Shown here: in pieces, positions 21,455 to 32,513 of the stretch
How positions within the stretch are numbered: the first letter of the stretch is position 1
Layout of the letters: each line of letters begins with the position of its first letter
DNA from: Paraspadella gotoi
Lineage: Eukaryota > Animalia > Chaetognatha
Direction: 5' to 3'
DNA: 64,000 nt
Assembly (NCBI GenBank): GCA_051294375.1
Contig: CM119267.1
Span: 9,139,709 to 9,203,708, forward strand
Notes under the pieces: model-generated
What the model saw: only the letters and a program-made list of their open reading frames with translations
Database searches by the model: none
Told to the model about the DNA's origin: nothing
Program-made: the position numbers and the translations under genes

Positions 21455-22862
21455 GTGAAAGTTTGGAATAAAAATTTAGCAGTTATATCTTAAAAACTAT
21501 CATATTAATGCATACTAATCTGTAGTTATTTTTCTTTTTTTACAAATATAGTAGCCCAGTCAGCTCCTTTTGTATATAGTATATATATATGTGGCGATCG
21601 TTTGTAAATCGCCACGCGCGTCTGCGCTCACTAATTGGTTCCAAGGATAAAAATTGTTTCCAGAACAAAGTTTTGTATTTTGTTCAATAATAAAATCAAA
21701 CCTTAATAAAATAATCAAAGCATATAGATATTCAGAAAAATAGAATATCAATATGCTCAACAAGTAAAAAGCAATAACAGTAATAATATCAATCAATAAC
21801 ATTAACAATGGAAAAAGCATTAATACTGTGACAGTGAACATTTAATAATGTAGAAGAATTACTTTGTGAGCAAAGAAAGAAATAAAAGTCTTAACAATGA
21901 AAACTTATTGAAATACTACTAGTGTAATCTAGCAAATAGAGAAATGATTATGATGTTCATTTGTCTTAACATAATTATACTATCTTGTTGAAAATAGTAA
22001 ACATAATTGGAATATCTATAGTAAGAGATGAGATGGTGAAATTGGTTGAGTCACAGATCGTGACTCATTAGTCCCGGGATCGAATCCCAGAGATGACTCT
22101 TTTATTTGATTTTAATAAATTGTTTATAATGTAATTTATGCTAGTTAAAAGTTGAACTTATTTAAAGTTTAATTGGCGATTCGTTGTGCTTCTTCAGCCG
22201 TGAAAGCAAAGAAGCCTGTATCGAATCCTACATATATAATATAATATAATATCAAAATTTCAAAATGATTTTTTTTTAATTCTGAAAACTGATTCAGATT
22301 CCTCGTTAAAAGTTAAAAGTATAAATTTTTTTCAAAAATTATGTCTTTAAATAGTTAAAATTATAAAAAACTATATTTTTAAGCTTGAAATTTAAAATTG
22401 GTATCTGAAGTATATTTTTTTTACATTTTTGACCAACTTAATGAAAGAATTTTTAAAAAATAATTATACTTTCTTATATCAACTTTTTGCAAGGAATCCA
22501 AATCCGATCTTAAACTTTAAAAATTTGCATTTTGAAATTTTAGCCAATTATATACATATGTGAGTAAATAAGTAAATAAGTAAATAAAAATAAGTAAATG
22601 AGTGAATAAACGAGACTGAGAGAGTCTTGATTGAAAGCTTGCAGGGACCTGCTATGTCATTATCTTGTAAGAGTGATGGAGGCCTTAAACCACCAAAGCC
22701 TGTCCAAAGTCAGGGGCAAGATAGCTTATTTATTAAATGAATGGATAATTTTTATATTGGTTGTACCAATTTCATATAAATATAGCTCACTGGTACCCAC
22801 TAATGTATAAAATTAAAAAATAAATTTACTAAAGTATTTTTATTAGTTTTTATTTTCATGTT
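21455..22862. repeat. AT-rich interspersed repeat, copy B, interrupted by younger insertions
   Basis: Colinear with 17070-17850, except for extra segments at 21590-22232 and ~22556-22770. Confidence 0.7.
21590..22232. mobile_element. Probable solo LTR (TG...CA, TATA target duplication) containing a tRNA-like segment
   Basis: tata|TGTGGCGATCG ... GAATCCTACA|tata; the segment is absent from the homologous position in repeat copy A (~17420). Pol III A/B-box-like motifs lie at 22034-22045 and 22077-22088. Confidence 0.6.
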
Positions 22863-23365
22863 TTATATCATCACAGATGAATAAAACTGTGTTATACGGT
22901 GTTACAGCCTGATCCGAAGCTCGGGGACTGCTTATATTGAACGGTTTTGTCATTAACACAACAATAATTACTGTCTCTTCAACAGATTGTTTTCCTTGTA
23001 GTAATATATTTATAAACTAATAAAATTTAAAAATAAGTTTTTCGGTAAAATTTTAAAGTTACTATTTAAGAATTGTCAGTGATTTATTTTTCGCTTACAT
23101 ATAGAAATTTTATTATCCCGAAAAAAAAGTACTCTGGTAAGAATACAAAAACTTTTTTGAAAACCACACTTAACCCTCATTTAACCCTTATGACACTGAA
23201 CCCTCTCCAAACCACTTCAAACCCTAACTACCCTTAACCTTCCCTAACCTTATCCCTCACCACCCTTAACCCCTGACCACTAAGGCCGATCAAGGTAAAA
23301 ACTAAGTTCTGTAATATAAATATTATACATCAACTTAAATGATTGAATACGCCGATACGGTCCAC

Positions 23366-24158
23366 TTTTTAGTCGGATCTATAATTCACTTTGTCTGTCC
23401 GTCCCCTCAATTTTGTCGGGCATTCACTTATATCAACATCAAACATCGAATTATGATAAATTATGCAACAAAAAAAAACGATGTCCGTCCGTCCGTCCGT
23501 CCGTCCCACCTTAGTATAAAACTCCAATTACTCGTGATTGCATGGTTGGATTGGAATTAAATTTTGTGTGTTGGTAGGGAATTGTGTGATTGAGCTGAAA
23601 TCGTACGAGTGGAAATGAGTTTAAATGGAAAAAAACCAAAAAAATATTTTTGAATGCCAATTACTCATGAGTGGATGGGGCGATTGACTTTAAATTTTGT
23701 ATGTGGGTAGGAAAGTGTGTGATTAAGCTGGAAATCAAGTTTCAATGGAATCGTCTGAGTTGAAATGAGTTTAAATGGAAAAAACAAAAAACCTGTTTCA
23801 CTAATTGATTATGCTTTTTTTCTTTTTATATTAAAGTATATGCAAGATGATTAATTAACTGATCAATTATTTGATTAATTAATACAATTAGTCAATTAAT
23901 TAATCAATAATTAATTAATTATTCAATCCATTTATTTATCTATTAATTAATTACTCAATCAATTTATTAATAAAATTAATTATTATCGCGATTATTGTTG
24001 TCGTCGCCATAGTCGTTGTTACTTTTGTCGTGGTCAGTGACGAAAAGACCTAAAAACAAACATTTCGGATCAAATTAATTAATTAATTGCCTAATTAATT
24101 AATTAATTACCGCTTATGATTATGGGCAGATCCGATAAACTTCCTGAGATGTTCTTAT
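23366..24158 (+). mobile_element. DINE-1/HINE-like (Helentron-associated) non-autonomous element
   Basis: A T-run followed by subterminal repeat gtcggatct (23372), with its partner agatccga near the 3' end (24128). It also has a (GTCC)n microsatellite at ~23483-23506 and an internal ~120-bp tandem duplication (23525-23785). Confidence 0.55.
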
Positions 24159-24277
24159 TTATTCTTCCAGCCTTTTTTCGCGTTATCGTTGGTCAATATG
24201 CGTATTTTTGTAATTCATCTATTTGCTAATTGTGTTAAAATCGTATTAATTAGTTTTCTCCTTTACATGTTTAGAAA

Positions 24278-26458
24278 ATGATCAACAAACTCCTTTTGAA
24301 AAAGTTATCTCATGGAATAACTTTTAAAACGAAGTTTATGGCTGACAATTTGACAAGATTTGCATGTACCTCCTCTATTAAGACGCAAAATTGCGATTTG
24401 TTAAATCCAAGACGTCTTCCACTTTATCTATACATTTCAAACGCGTTAAAAAGCAAGGTTTTTCCCAGTTCGCTGGCAAGTGGTTTAAAGGAAAATTTTG
24501 ATATTTATAATTCGAAATTAGTTCAACTACAGAATTCAGATGATTATAAAAATATCTCAGATGTTGACATTATTAACAACGAACTCGAAAGCATTGAAAG
24601 CAAAATGTTGAACCTGCTGCTTTCGCAAGTTGAAACTAGCATTGAAGCTATTTTAGATCCAAACATTATTTATCTCGAAGTTACTTGTAATAAGGGATCA
24701 AACGAAGCAAATGCTTTTAAGGATATTATTCTGGAAATGTACTTTCAGTTTGCCAATTATTTTAATTGGAACTTAAGTTTAATTAGTCACAGCATCTCAA
24801 ACACTAAAATTAAAATAAGTGGTAATAAAGTATATGATTTTTTGAGATTCGAAACCGGAATTCATAAATTGGTTCTTAATTCTAATTCGAGGGGTTGTTT
24901 TAAATCTCTTCTTCAAAACGTGAGCGGTAAGAATTATGCCTTGATCAATGTCATTGTAAGACCTCATTTTCATGATCGATTTCTCCCGGTTTTGGAACCG
25001 AAGGACCTTGAAATTCAAACCATTGATAATTGTGTTTATGTAAAGCACTTACCGAGCATGTACGAATGTTCTTCTTCTGGACATAAAAATATAATTCGTG
25101 ACAAAACTGAAGCTCTATTTAAACTAAAACAATGGCTGAAATCAGAAGAATATTTCAAAACAATGAACGTACTCCCAACTTCAAGTAACAAAAAATATTT
25201 GCCGCCAAGCAATGGTAAAGTTTCTGAAATAGTCCGTGTTTCTTTTGGTGGAAATGTGGTAGACGAACGGTTAAAACATCAGGTATTTGTTAAAGATCAT
25301 AGTTGTTTCCTTATCGCCAAAGATCTGAAAGCCTTGCTGGACGAATTGTCCACGTCTTTAAGGAAGTCTTTTTTAGAAGATTCAATACATACCTTCTTTG
25401 AAAGTGAAAAAATTTTAGGTGAACTGGTTTTAGATTTATCACTTTTGAACACCATGAAACTAAATAAAAACTCGAACAATTCAGACATGAGAGAATTAAA
25501 TGAAATTAAAAAAAATTTACTGAAGACTGAGCATTTATTGGAAGAGACCTGTAGGCGATTAAAAGAGAAAAGCGCAGCTAATGAAATACTTGAAGAAAAA
25601 TTAAAGCAAAAAGAAGCATTAATTTTCAAGTATTTCCGCGAAGCCAAAGATGAGCTTTATTTGGTGAAACATCATAACGAACACGAAAAAAATCAATTAT
25701 ACTCATTAATTACACATAAGGAAAATGCTATTAGTCGACTGATTGATACAAAATATGTTGATAGATTATCTCTTTCGGAAAGTCAATTTCATCTGAAGCA
25801 TGAGTTGCAAAAAGCCTTAGAAACCGTTGAACAAAACAAAAGAGAATTGGTTAACAAGAACATGCTTATAAAAGACCTTTCGCTTAAAGTTGGAAATACT
25901 GTAAAAAAGGATAAAGAAATAGAAGATTTGAAAAATGACTTAAATTTATTAAGGAATGATATGGATAGAACTAGTCTTCTTAATCATTTACATAAGACGG
26001 AATTACAACTAAAAACGTCCCTAAGTGTTGAGAAAACTCTTAGAACTAAAAACGTTAGCTTTGAGGAAAAGATCAGAAATATACAGAAATCTTTGGACAT
26101 GAAAACTGAGGATTTAAATAATCATAAAGCCATAGAAATATCTGTTCATGAAAAAGATAGCATAATTAAGCAAATGAAGTATTTACTAAAGGAAAATGCT
26201 AAAGAAAAGATGGAACTTGAAAACAAATATTTGAAACTTGACGTAGATGTTAAAAAAGTGGCGAAAGAGTTAGAAGCTTCTCAACAACGGGAAAAAACCG
26301 CTGCTCAAGCATTGGCGATGGAAAAAGACGAAAAGAAAGAATTGCTGAAACGAATCTATGAACTGACGACAAAAACTCAAAATCTAGAAAAAGAACGTAA
26401 CGATTACAAAGATACAGTGGATCAACTTATAGCTTTTCAGCAACGGAAACTGTCGTAA
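24278..26458 (+). CDS. Degenerate class-I peptide release factor (PCRF/RF-1 fold, lacks GGQ) fused to a long coiled coil
   Basis: IYLEVTCNKGSNEANAF..ILEMYFQFA, KISGNKVYDFLRFETGIHKL and LEPKDLEIQT-IDNCVYVKHLPS align by eye with RF1/mtRF1. The C-terminal ~330 aa are a K/E/L heptad pattern. The stop codon overlaps a gtaagt donor, so the last residues may differ. Confidence 0.7.
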   Translation: MINKLLLKKLSHGITFKTKFMADNLTRFACTSSIKTQNCDLLNPRRLPLYLYISNALKSKVFPSSLASGLKENFDIYNSKLVQLQNSDDYKNISDVDIINNELESIESKMLNLLLSQVETSIEAILDPNIIYLEVTCNKGSNEANAFKDIILEMYFQFANYFNWNLSLISHSISNTKIKISGNKVYDFLRFETGIHKLVLNSNSRGCFKSLLQNVSGKNYALINVIVRPHFHDRFLPVLEPKDLEIQTIDNCVYVKHLPSMYECSSSGHKNIIRDKTEALFKLKQWLKSEEYFKTMNVLPTSSNKKYLPPSNGKVSEIVRVSFGGNVVDERLKHQVFVKDHSCFLIAKDLKALLDELSTSLRKSFLEDSIHTFFESEKILGELVLDLSLLNTMKLNKNSNNSDMRELNEIKKNLLKTEHLLEETCRRLKEKSAANEILEEKLKQKEALIFKYFREAKDELYLVKHHNEHEKNQLYSLITHKENAISRLIDTKYVDRLSLSESQFHLKHELQKALETVEQNKRELVNKNMLIKDLSLKVGNTVKKDKEIEDLKNDLNLLRNDMDRTSLLNHLHKTELQLKTSLSVEKTLRTKNVSFEEKIRNIQKSLDMKTEDLNNHKAIEISVHEKDSIIKQMKYLLKENAKEKMELENKYLKLDVDVKKVAKELEASQQREKTAAQALAMEKDEKKELLKRIYELTTKTQNLEKERNDYKDTVDQLIAFQQRKLS

Positions 26459-26461
26459 GTA

Positions 26462-26983
26462 CAGAATGCTTCATATTAGAAAATGCTCTTTCAATTTTTT
26501 GAACCCAGAATCGGTTCCGACCTAACCACTGAACCGATTTTTATGTTATTTTGCTAACAGTATCCTTTTGGTAATACAAATAGAATTTTGATATTCCACC
26601 CTTGAGGGACTAAAAATGGCCAAAAATATTTTTTTTCGGGAAGTGAAATTTATCTGCTGGTTAATATGAAATGTTTTTCTTTTAGTAAAAAAGGATTTTT
26701 GAACTAATTTTTTAAAATTTTAGTTAGTTTTATAGTATTTTAACTTGCATGGTCCGTCATTTTACTTCGAGTTTTCTTTTGAGCATCGACCTCCGATGTT
26801 CATGAACTCAAAAATAAAAGTAAAATAGCCTATAACTATGAATGGTTATTAATTAGTTTTTCTTGAAGAATAAAACGTCTATGCAGCTGTTCGAATCATC
26901 ATTGACACTCTGTCCGTAGTTTCCTTTGACTTGATTCTGTGCTCAAAAAATCTAAAGCGCATTTTCTAATATGAAGCCTTCTG
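26462..26983. mobile_element. TA-flanked MITE (Tc1/mariner-type) with ~50-bp TIRs
   Basis: ta|CAGAATGCTTCATATTAGAAAATGC... and ...GCATTTTCTAATATGAAGCCTTCTG|ta. Confidence 0.8.
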
Positions 26984-27509
26984 TACGATTTTGTTTATAC
27001 CAATTTTATTAACTTTGTATCGCCTATCAGTTGTCATCCTGATCTAGCTAATGTCATCAATTGTCTTGCATTGAAAGTAATACTTTTAATTCCAGTTTTT
27101 TAATCTTTTAAGTTTTCTTTATTTATTAATATTTGCAGATTTCACTGATAAACTTATTATCCAATTTGCTAAGATTTAAAAGGGAAATATTATCTTTAAT
27201 AATTTTAAACAAAATATAGAATAAAAATTAATAAAATGGGCTATTTTCCGGTGCTGATTTTTTAAACAAAATCTTTATCAAATTTAAAACTTTAATTTGC
27301 TTAACATTGACATTCAATTAGTTTTAGCCCGAATATTTTTAGAATATTTTTAATGAAAGAAGAACTAATCTTATTAAAAAAAATTAGTAGTTAAAAATAT
27401 TCATTCAGCCACAAAGTTTGGTGGTAGGGTTTGGAACTTTGGAGTCAAGTAAATATTTTTTTTTAATTAAGATGAACATTTCCTAGTATTTTCAAAAATA
27501 TCATTTGAA

Positions 27510-27954
27510 TCTCGTCAGACAGGCGAAAGCACAACTTGGGCGAGATGTTAATTCCTTTCTGCTTTTTTTTAACATTGTCGTGGTCGTCGTCTCACACTGT
27601 TTTACCTTTAGAAATAGCTTAAGTATGTAACCACAAGAAGCTGAAAATTTAGATATGGCTTCTCATCATTGAGGTCTTTTTAAATTATTATGTATCATAT
27701 TCCTACACTCATTTGATTGTTTTATTTACAAAATAATTTTTTGTAAAAAAACGAGTTTATCGCGTCCATCATTTGGTTATAATTGCATCAATATTTGGTT
27801 ATCACAACAATATTTGGTTATCATTACATCAATATATCAATCAATTATTATTATATCAATAATTTGTTATCGCATGAATCATTTTTTTCCAGGTTTTTTC
27901 ATTAATTTCTTTGATAGTAACGTCTGGCGAGATCACTATACTTTTAAGATTTTT
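27510..27954 (+). mobile_element. Interspersed element with subterminal inverted repeats (HINE-like); other copies at 59941-60240 and 1-87 (3' end)
   Basis: tctcg(t/c)cagac ... cgtctggcgaga-(tc/ta)actatact-ttaagatttt is shared among copies, as is the internal aagaagct.aaaatt..atat.gcttct block. Confidence 0.7.
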
Positions 27955-28253
27955 GCACTAAAATTACAATAAGAAACTTTGTAGGAAGTTTATCAAAGGT
28001 TTTATGATCTTTTAAAGGAAAATTTGAATCTTTTGGAAATTTAAGAATTTATACTCTGAATGTGACAATGTTCTGCTTAAAAATTGTTTTCAAGATTTTT
28101 GGTATGAAGACGGAAACCACATAAAATTTTCATCACTTTACTCTAGTTATTAGTATTAAGACGTTATAATTCCGTACGTGTTATTTTGTTCCAAGTACGG
28201 AATATATTTATACTGTATTATGTTTGTTAATTTTTTTTTAAATTTCAGACAAA

Positions 28254-30440
28254 ATGGATCTTTTTCGTGATTCAGACTGTGAGCAGGAACTAAACCAATT
28301 AAAAATTAATCAAGATTTCGCCGCGTATTATGAAAAAACAAGAGCTGCTGAGGAACTTCAGCGCCTGAAAGACAAATATGGTGACGTCGATTTAAAAAAA
28401 GATATTTCAAACACTGATTCTGAGAGCTCAGAGACAGATTCGGAATTAGAAACGGACGACTTAGATTTTTACAAGACACTTTCTGCCCTAAAGACTCGCG
28501 ACCCTAAACTTTATGATAATTCGTCCACCTTTTTTGAGCCATCAAAGGACCAGTCGTTAAAAAAACAAAAACAAGAAAAGCCTATGTTTTTAAAAGATTA
28601 TGAGAGAGAAACTGTTCTCTCTGGAGGGCAATTTAACGAAGATGAAATTAATTCAGATGATGAAAAAGCACACTCTCCGACTTATATGCAAGAACAGAAG
28701 GCTATTAAAGATAGCTTTAAATTTGCTTTGATTGAAAGTGATAATGAAGACGAACATCTTACTCAAAATCTACTTCGGAAAAAAGAAAAAACGCTCTTGG
28801 AGGAAGAAAAAGAAGAAAGTGACTTCAAAACGTGGTTGACGACTCAGGATAAATCGGAACAACTCGAAAAGGAGAACGCTGATCTGTCTGGTCTAAAAAA
28901 ATACTGGAATAAATCAGACTTAGAAGAAAGTGAAAAGTTTCTTAAAGATTTCTTGCTGTCCAAGCAGTATTGTGCTCCTACTGAAACTTCAGATGATGAT
29001 CAAACTTCGGCCGTTTTAGATTCTGAAGAAGAAGATGAGGCGATGGATAGGATTGATGATTTTGAATCTAAATTTAATTTTAGGTTTGAAGAGCCTAATT
29101 CGGATGTTATAAAATCATATCCAAGAACCATCAACGAAACTATTCGCCAAGAAAAGCAAAGTCGGAAGCAAAAACGTGAATCTAGAGAAAAACGGAAAAA
29201 AGAAGAAAAACAAAAAGTAGTTGAGGAATTGACATTGCTGAAGGATTTGAAACAGAAAGAACTGTTAACCAAAATTGAGCAATTAAAAAAAGTTGCGGGA
29301 AATTACAATGATATAATATCTAATGAATATTTGGACCAGGATTTTAATCCCCAAGAGCATGATGAAATGCTTGCAAAAATGTTTAATCAAGATTATTATG
29401 AGAATGGTAAAGAAGAAGAATACAAACCGGAAGTTCCCAAAGACATTGAGTCTGCCTACGAAGAATTTGCCGATGAAAATTTGGATGATTGGGTTGCTAC
29501 AGATTCTCAATTACCTGAGGAAGAAGATGTTTCGGAAATCAATGCTTTTCTTGAATCTGAAAGAGAGAGAGTAAGTTCGAGAAAGGAAAAACGTCAGAAA
29601 GAAAAGGAAAAGAAAAAGTCCCTCTTTATGCAGGCTCTTGACAAGAAAAAGCCCATCTTTGATCCAAAAGCAAAAACTTTTGAAGAATATGTTGATGATT
29701 ACTACAAACTAAATTTTGAAAATGTTATTGGGAAAACTCCAGTAAGATTCAAGTACAGAAACGTATTGCCAAATTCATTTGGGCTTTCTGTGGACGAAAT
29801 TCTTGGTTCAAAGGATAAAGAGCTTAATCAATGGGCTTCGATTAAGAAGGTTTCCCAGTATAGAACTGATGAAGAAGAGAAATATGATTTAAAAGCTTTT
29901 GAGGCAAAAGGTCAAAATATCTTTAAAAAGTCGCAGGTATTGAAAAGCCTCTTTGAAACGGAAGAAACTGAAAAAACCGTAGAAACCGAAGAAAAAATAA
30001 AAGAAACTAAAGCAACAACCTATGAAACGTCATCAAATAGCGTCCCTTCGGAAGTGAGTGCGGTTGTTATTGCCGATAAGGTGCCTTTGACGAAAAGAAA
30101 GAAAAGACAACGTCCGACGGAAAAGACTCCCTGTAAAAAAGTTAAACTCGATTCTGTCTCTGTAAATGATTCTTTAAAGACCTCCGACATCACTGATTCG
30201 AAAGAGTCAAAAATCAATACAAAAAGAGATAATGTGAGCGAGACGAGCATAAAAGCAGTCACTTCAAAAAAAATAATTACTAAAAAATCTAAAAAAATCA
30301 AAAACAAAAGCAACGGCGATGAGGAAACTAAAGAAAGAAAATCTGTAAATTTCATATCCGACGTTCGAATTGGAACTTTTGGCATGAATCCGAAAAAGTT
30401 TAAACGCTTCAAAAAATATGGGAAAAAATCTAAAGAATAA
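28254..30440 (+). CDS. KRI1: KRI1 homolog (40S ribosome biogenesis), intronless
   Basis: LKINQDFAAYYE..RAAEELQRLKDKYG, FYKTLSALK.RDP, PMFLKDYER, FNFRFEEP..KSYPR, RFKYRNVLPNSFGL and ELNQWASIKK. Confidence 0.92.
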   Translation: MDLFRDSDCEQELNQLKINQDFAAYYEKTRAAEELQRLKDKYGDVDLKKDISNTDSESSETDSELETDDLDFYKTLSALKTRDPKLYDNSSTFFEPSKDQSLKKQKQEKPMFLKDYERETVLSGGQFNEDEINSDDEKAHSPTYMQEQKAIKDSFKFALIESDNEDEHLTQNLLRKKEKTLLEEEKEESDFKTWLTTQDKSEQLEKENADLSGLKKYWNKSDLEESEKFLKDFLLSKQYCAPTETSDDDQTSAVLDSEEEDEAMDRIDDFESKFNFRFEEPNSDVIKSYPRTINETIRQEKQSRKQKRESREKRKKEEKQKVVEELTLLKDLKQKELLTKIEQLKKVAGNYNDIISNEYLDQDFNPQEHDEMLAKMFNQDYYENGKEEEYKPEVPKDIESAYEEFADENLDDWVATDSQLPEEEDVSEINAFLESERERVSSRKEKRQKEKEKKKSLFMQALDKKKPIFDPKAKTFEEYVDDYYKLNFENVIGKTPVRFKYRNVLPNSFGLSVDEILGSKDKELNQWASIKKVSQYRTDEEEKYDLKAFEAKGQNIFKKSQVLKSLFETEETEKTVETEEKIKETKATTYETSSNSVPSEVSAVVIADKVPLTKRKKRQRPTEKTPCKKVKLDSVSVNDSLKTSDITDSKESKINTKRDNVSETSIKAVTSKKIITKKSKKIKNKSNGDEETKERKSVNFISDVRIGTFGMNPKKFKRFKKYGKKSKE

Positions 30441-30530
30441 GGCTTTAAAATGGATTCAAGCACTTGATTCATGTTTTTCTATGTTGTATAAATTTTGTTC
30501 ATATATTTTATTTTAGGCAAAAAAAAAAAG

Positions 30531-31475
30531 ATGGATCTCAATCCAACCTATGAATCTGAAAACATCTCGACAATCGGAAAAATTTTAAACGATTCAAAGT
30601 CTTCATTGGCTGAGAGATTCAGAGCTCTTTTCACTCTAAAAAACCTTGGGGGAAAACGAGCCATTGATGCCATTTCTCAAGGCTTCGACGATCCCGCTAA
30701 CGGAGAGCTACTGAAACATGAACTGGCTTATTGCTTGGGGCAAATGCAGGATCCTATCGCGATTCCAATCCTCGCACGCGTTTTAAGCGATACTTCACAG
30801 GAAGTCATGGTGCGTCACGAGGCCGGCGAAGCCCTCGGCGCCATCGGGGACCTAAGCGCCAACGAAATCCTCAGTCATCATCTGGAAGATTCCGTTGTTG
30901 AAGTCGCCGAAACCTGTCAACTCGCCATTGAACGACTCGCGTGGCTCCACTCAGAACTGCACACGGAAAGGATTTCGTCTAATCCCTACCAATCGGTGGA
31001 TCCTGCCCCGCCAAAAGCAGATGCAGCCGCAAAGTCTACCTACGAGTTGGGGGAGGTTCTCATTAACGAGTCACTCCCACTTTTCGAAAGGTATCGCGCC
31101 ATGTTCGAATTACGCAATCGGGGCGGTAAGGAAGCGGTATCCGCCCTCTGCCAAGGATTGCGATGCCCTAAAAGTGCTCTGTTTCGCCACGAAATCGCCT
31201 ATGTTTTGGGTCAGATGCAAGATCCAGAGTCTTTACCCGCCTTGAAACGTTCCCTTTTCGCCGCCGACGAAAACGACATGGTTCGACACGAGTGCGCCGA
31301 GGCCATTGGTAGTGTGGCCACGCCGATGGCTTTTGAGATCTTGAAGGAACATCTCTTCGACAAAGTCAGAGTGGTCAGAGAAAGCTGCGAAGTAGCGCTA
31401 GACATGGCCGAGTATGAAGTGGGCGGACAATTGCAGTACGCAGACACTTTGACCAAAGTAAAGTTGGCATGTTAA
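30531..31475 (+). CDS. DOHH: Deoxyhypusine hydroxylase, intronless
   Basis: RFRALFTLKNLG; HE motifs in LLKHELAYCLGQM, VRHEAGEALGA, LFRHEIAYVLGQ and VRHECAEA; also SVDPAPP and SCEVALDM. Confidence 0.96.
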   Translation: MDLNPTYESENISTIGKILNDSKSSLAERFRALFTLKNLGGKRAIDAISQGFDDPANGELLKHELAYCLGQMQDPIAIPILARVLSDTSQEVMVRHEAGEALGAIGDLSANEILSHHLEDSVVEVAETCQLAIERLAWLHSELHTERISSNPYQSVDPAPPKADAAAKSTYELGEVLINESLPLFERYRAMFELRNRGGKEAVSALCQGLRCPKSALFRHEIAYVLGQMQDPESLPALKRSLFAADENDMVRHECAEAIGSVATPMAFEILKEHLFDKVRVVRESCEVALDMAEYEVGGQLQYADTLTKVKLAC

Positions 31476-31627
31476 ATTATGTTTGCTTTGTTCATAGTTC
31501 ACATGTTAAGGAAGAAAAATAATAACAAGTATTTTAAATAATTAAGTCGAATCTAAAATTTTTTTACTAAGTTGTGCTTTCTACTATTTATTGAAAAAAA
31601 AAGGTTTTTAGATTATTTAGATCCAAG

Positions 31628-32322
31628 ATGTCAATTAAATTTTACAAATCGACCGGATTGATAAACATTTTGACGAGGCGACCGTTCTCCGCCGCCTCAA
31701 CTGTACAAGCTAAAAAATCTGGCGGTGTGTACAAACTAGTCTCGAAGCCAGAACACAAAATGGACGCGGTCTCGGATCTCGCAGCTAAAAGAATTTTTTT
31801 GCAAGAAATTTGTAAGGGTTTCGCTCTTACTTTCTCCCAAATTTTGAAAGAACCCGCCACCATCAACTACCCTTTCGAAAAGGGACCTCTCAGTCCCAGG
31901 TTTCGAGGAGAACACGCGCTGAGAAGATACCCCTCTGGAGAGGAACGATGTATCGCTTGCAAGCTTTGCGAAGCCATTTGTCCCGCTCAGGTGAGTAATT
32001 TGATAATGGATAACTTATGAAAAATATTTTTAGGACGTCGAGCGCGTTTTTACACATTTAGGCCATCACGATCGAAGCGGAAGAGCGAGAAGACGGTTCG
32101 CGCCGCACCACTCGTTACGACATCGATATGACCAAGTGCATCTACTGCGGATTTTGTCAGGAAGCTTGTCCGGTTGACGCTATTGTGGAAGGTCCAAATT
32201 TCGAATACGCTACCGAGACTCGAGAAGAATTGCTTTACAACAAAGAGAAATTACTGGACAATGGGGACAAGTGGGAAATCGAGATCGCCGCTAACCTAGA
32301 AGCCGACCATTTGTACCGATGA
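31628..32322 (+). CDS. NDUFS8: NADH:ubiquinone oxidoreductase TYKY subunit (exons 31628-31990, 32062-32322)
   Basis: [47 protein letters not shown]|AITIE and [27 protein letters not shown]. Confidence 0.97.
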
Positions 32323-32513
32323 GCTTTTTAACTTATTAACATAACTGAATGATTGATTTCAGTGTATTTCCCCCTTTGAATACTGTATGTACTTTGATCG
32401 AACTGTTAATAAAACGAAACCGAGCTGAGGGTTAATTTAAATAATGCGAGAGTTTTGTTTTTATTGCAGTAGGCAATTAATATTTTTGTCTTGTTCATTA
32501 TCTCATTGGAGAC

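Noticed and set aside
22027-22098. Functional tRNA-His gene
   Set aside because: The acceptor and anticodon stems do not pair properly, the T-loop is GGATCGA, and it is embedded in a mobile element.
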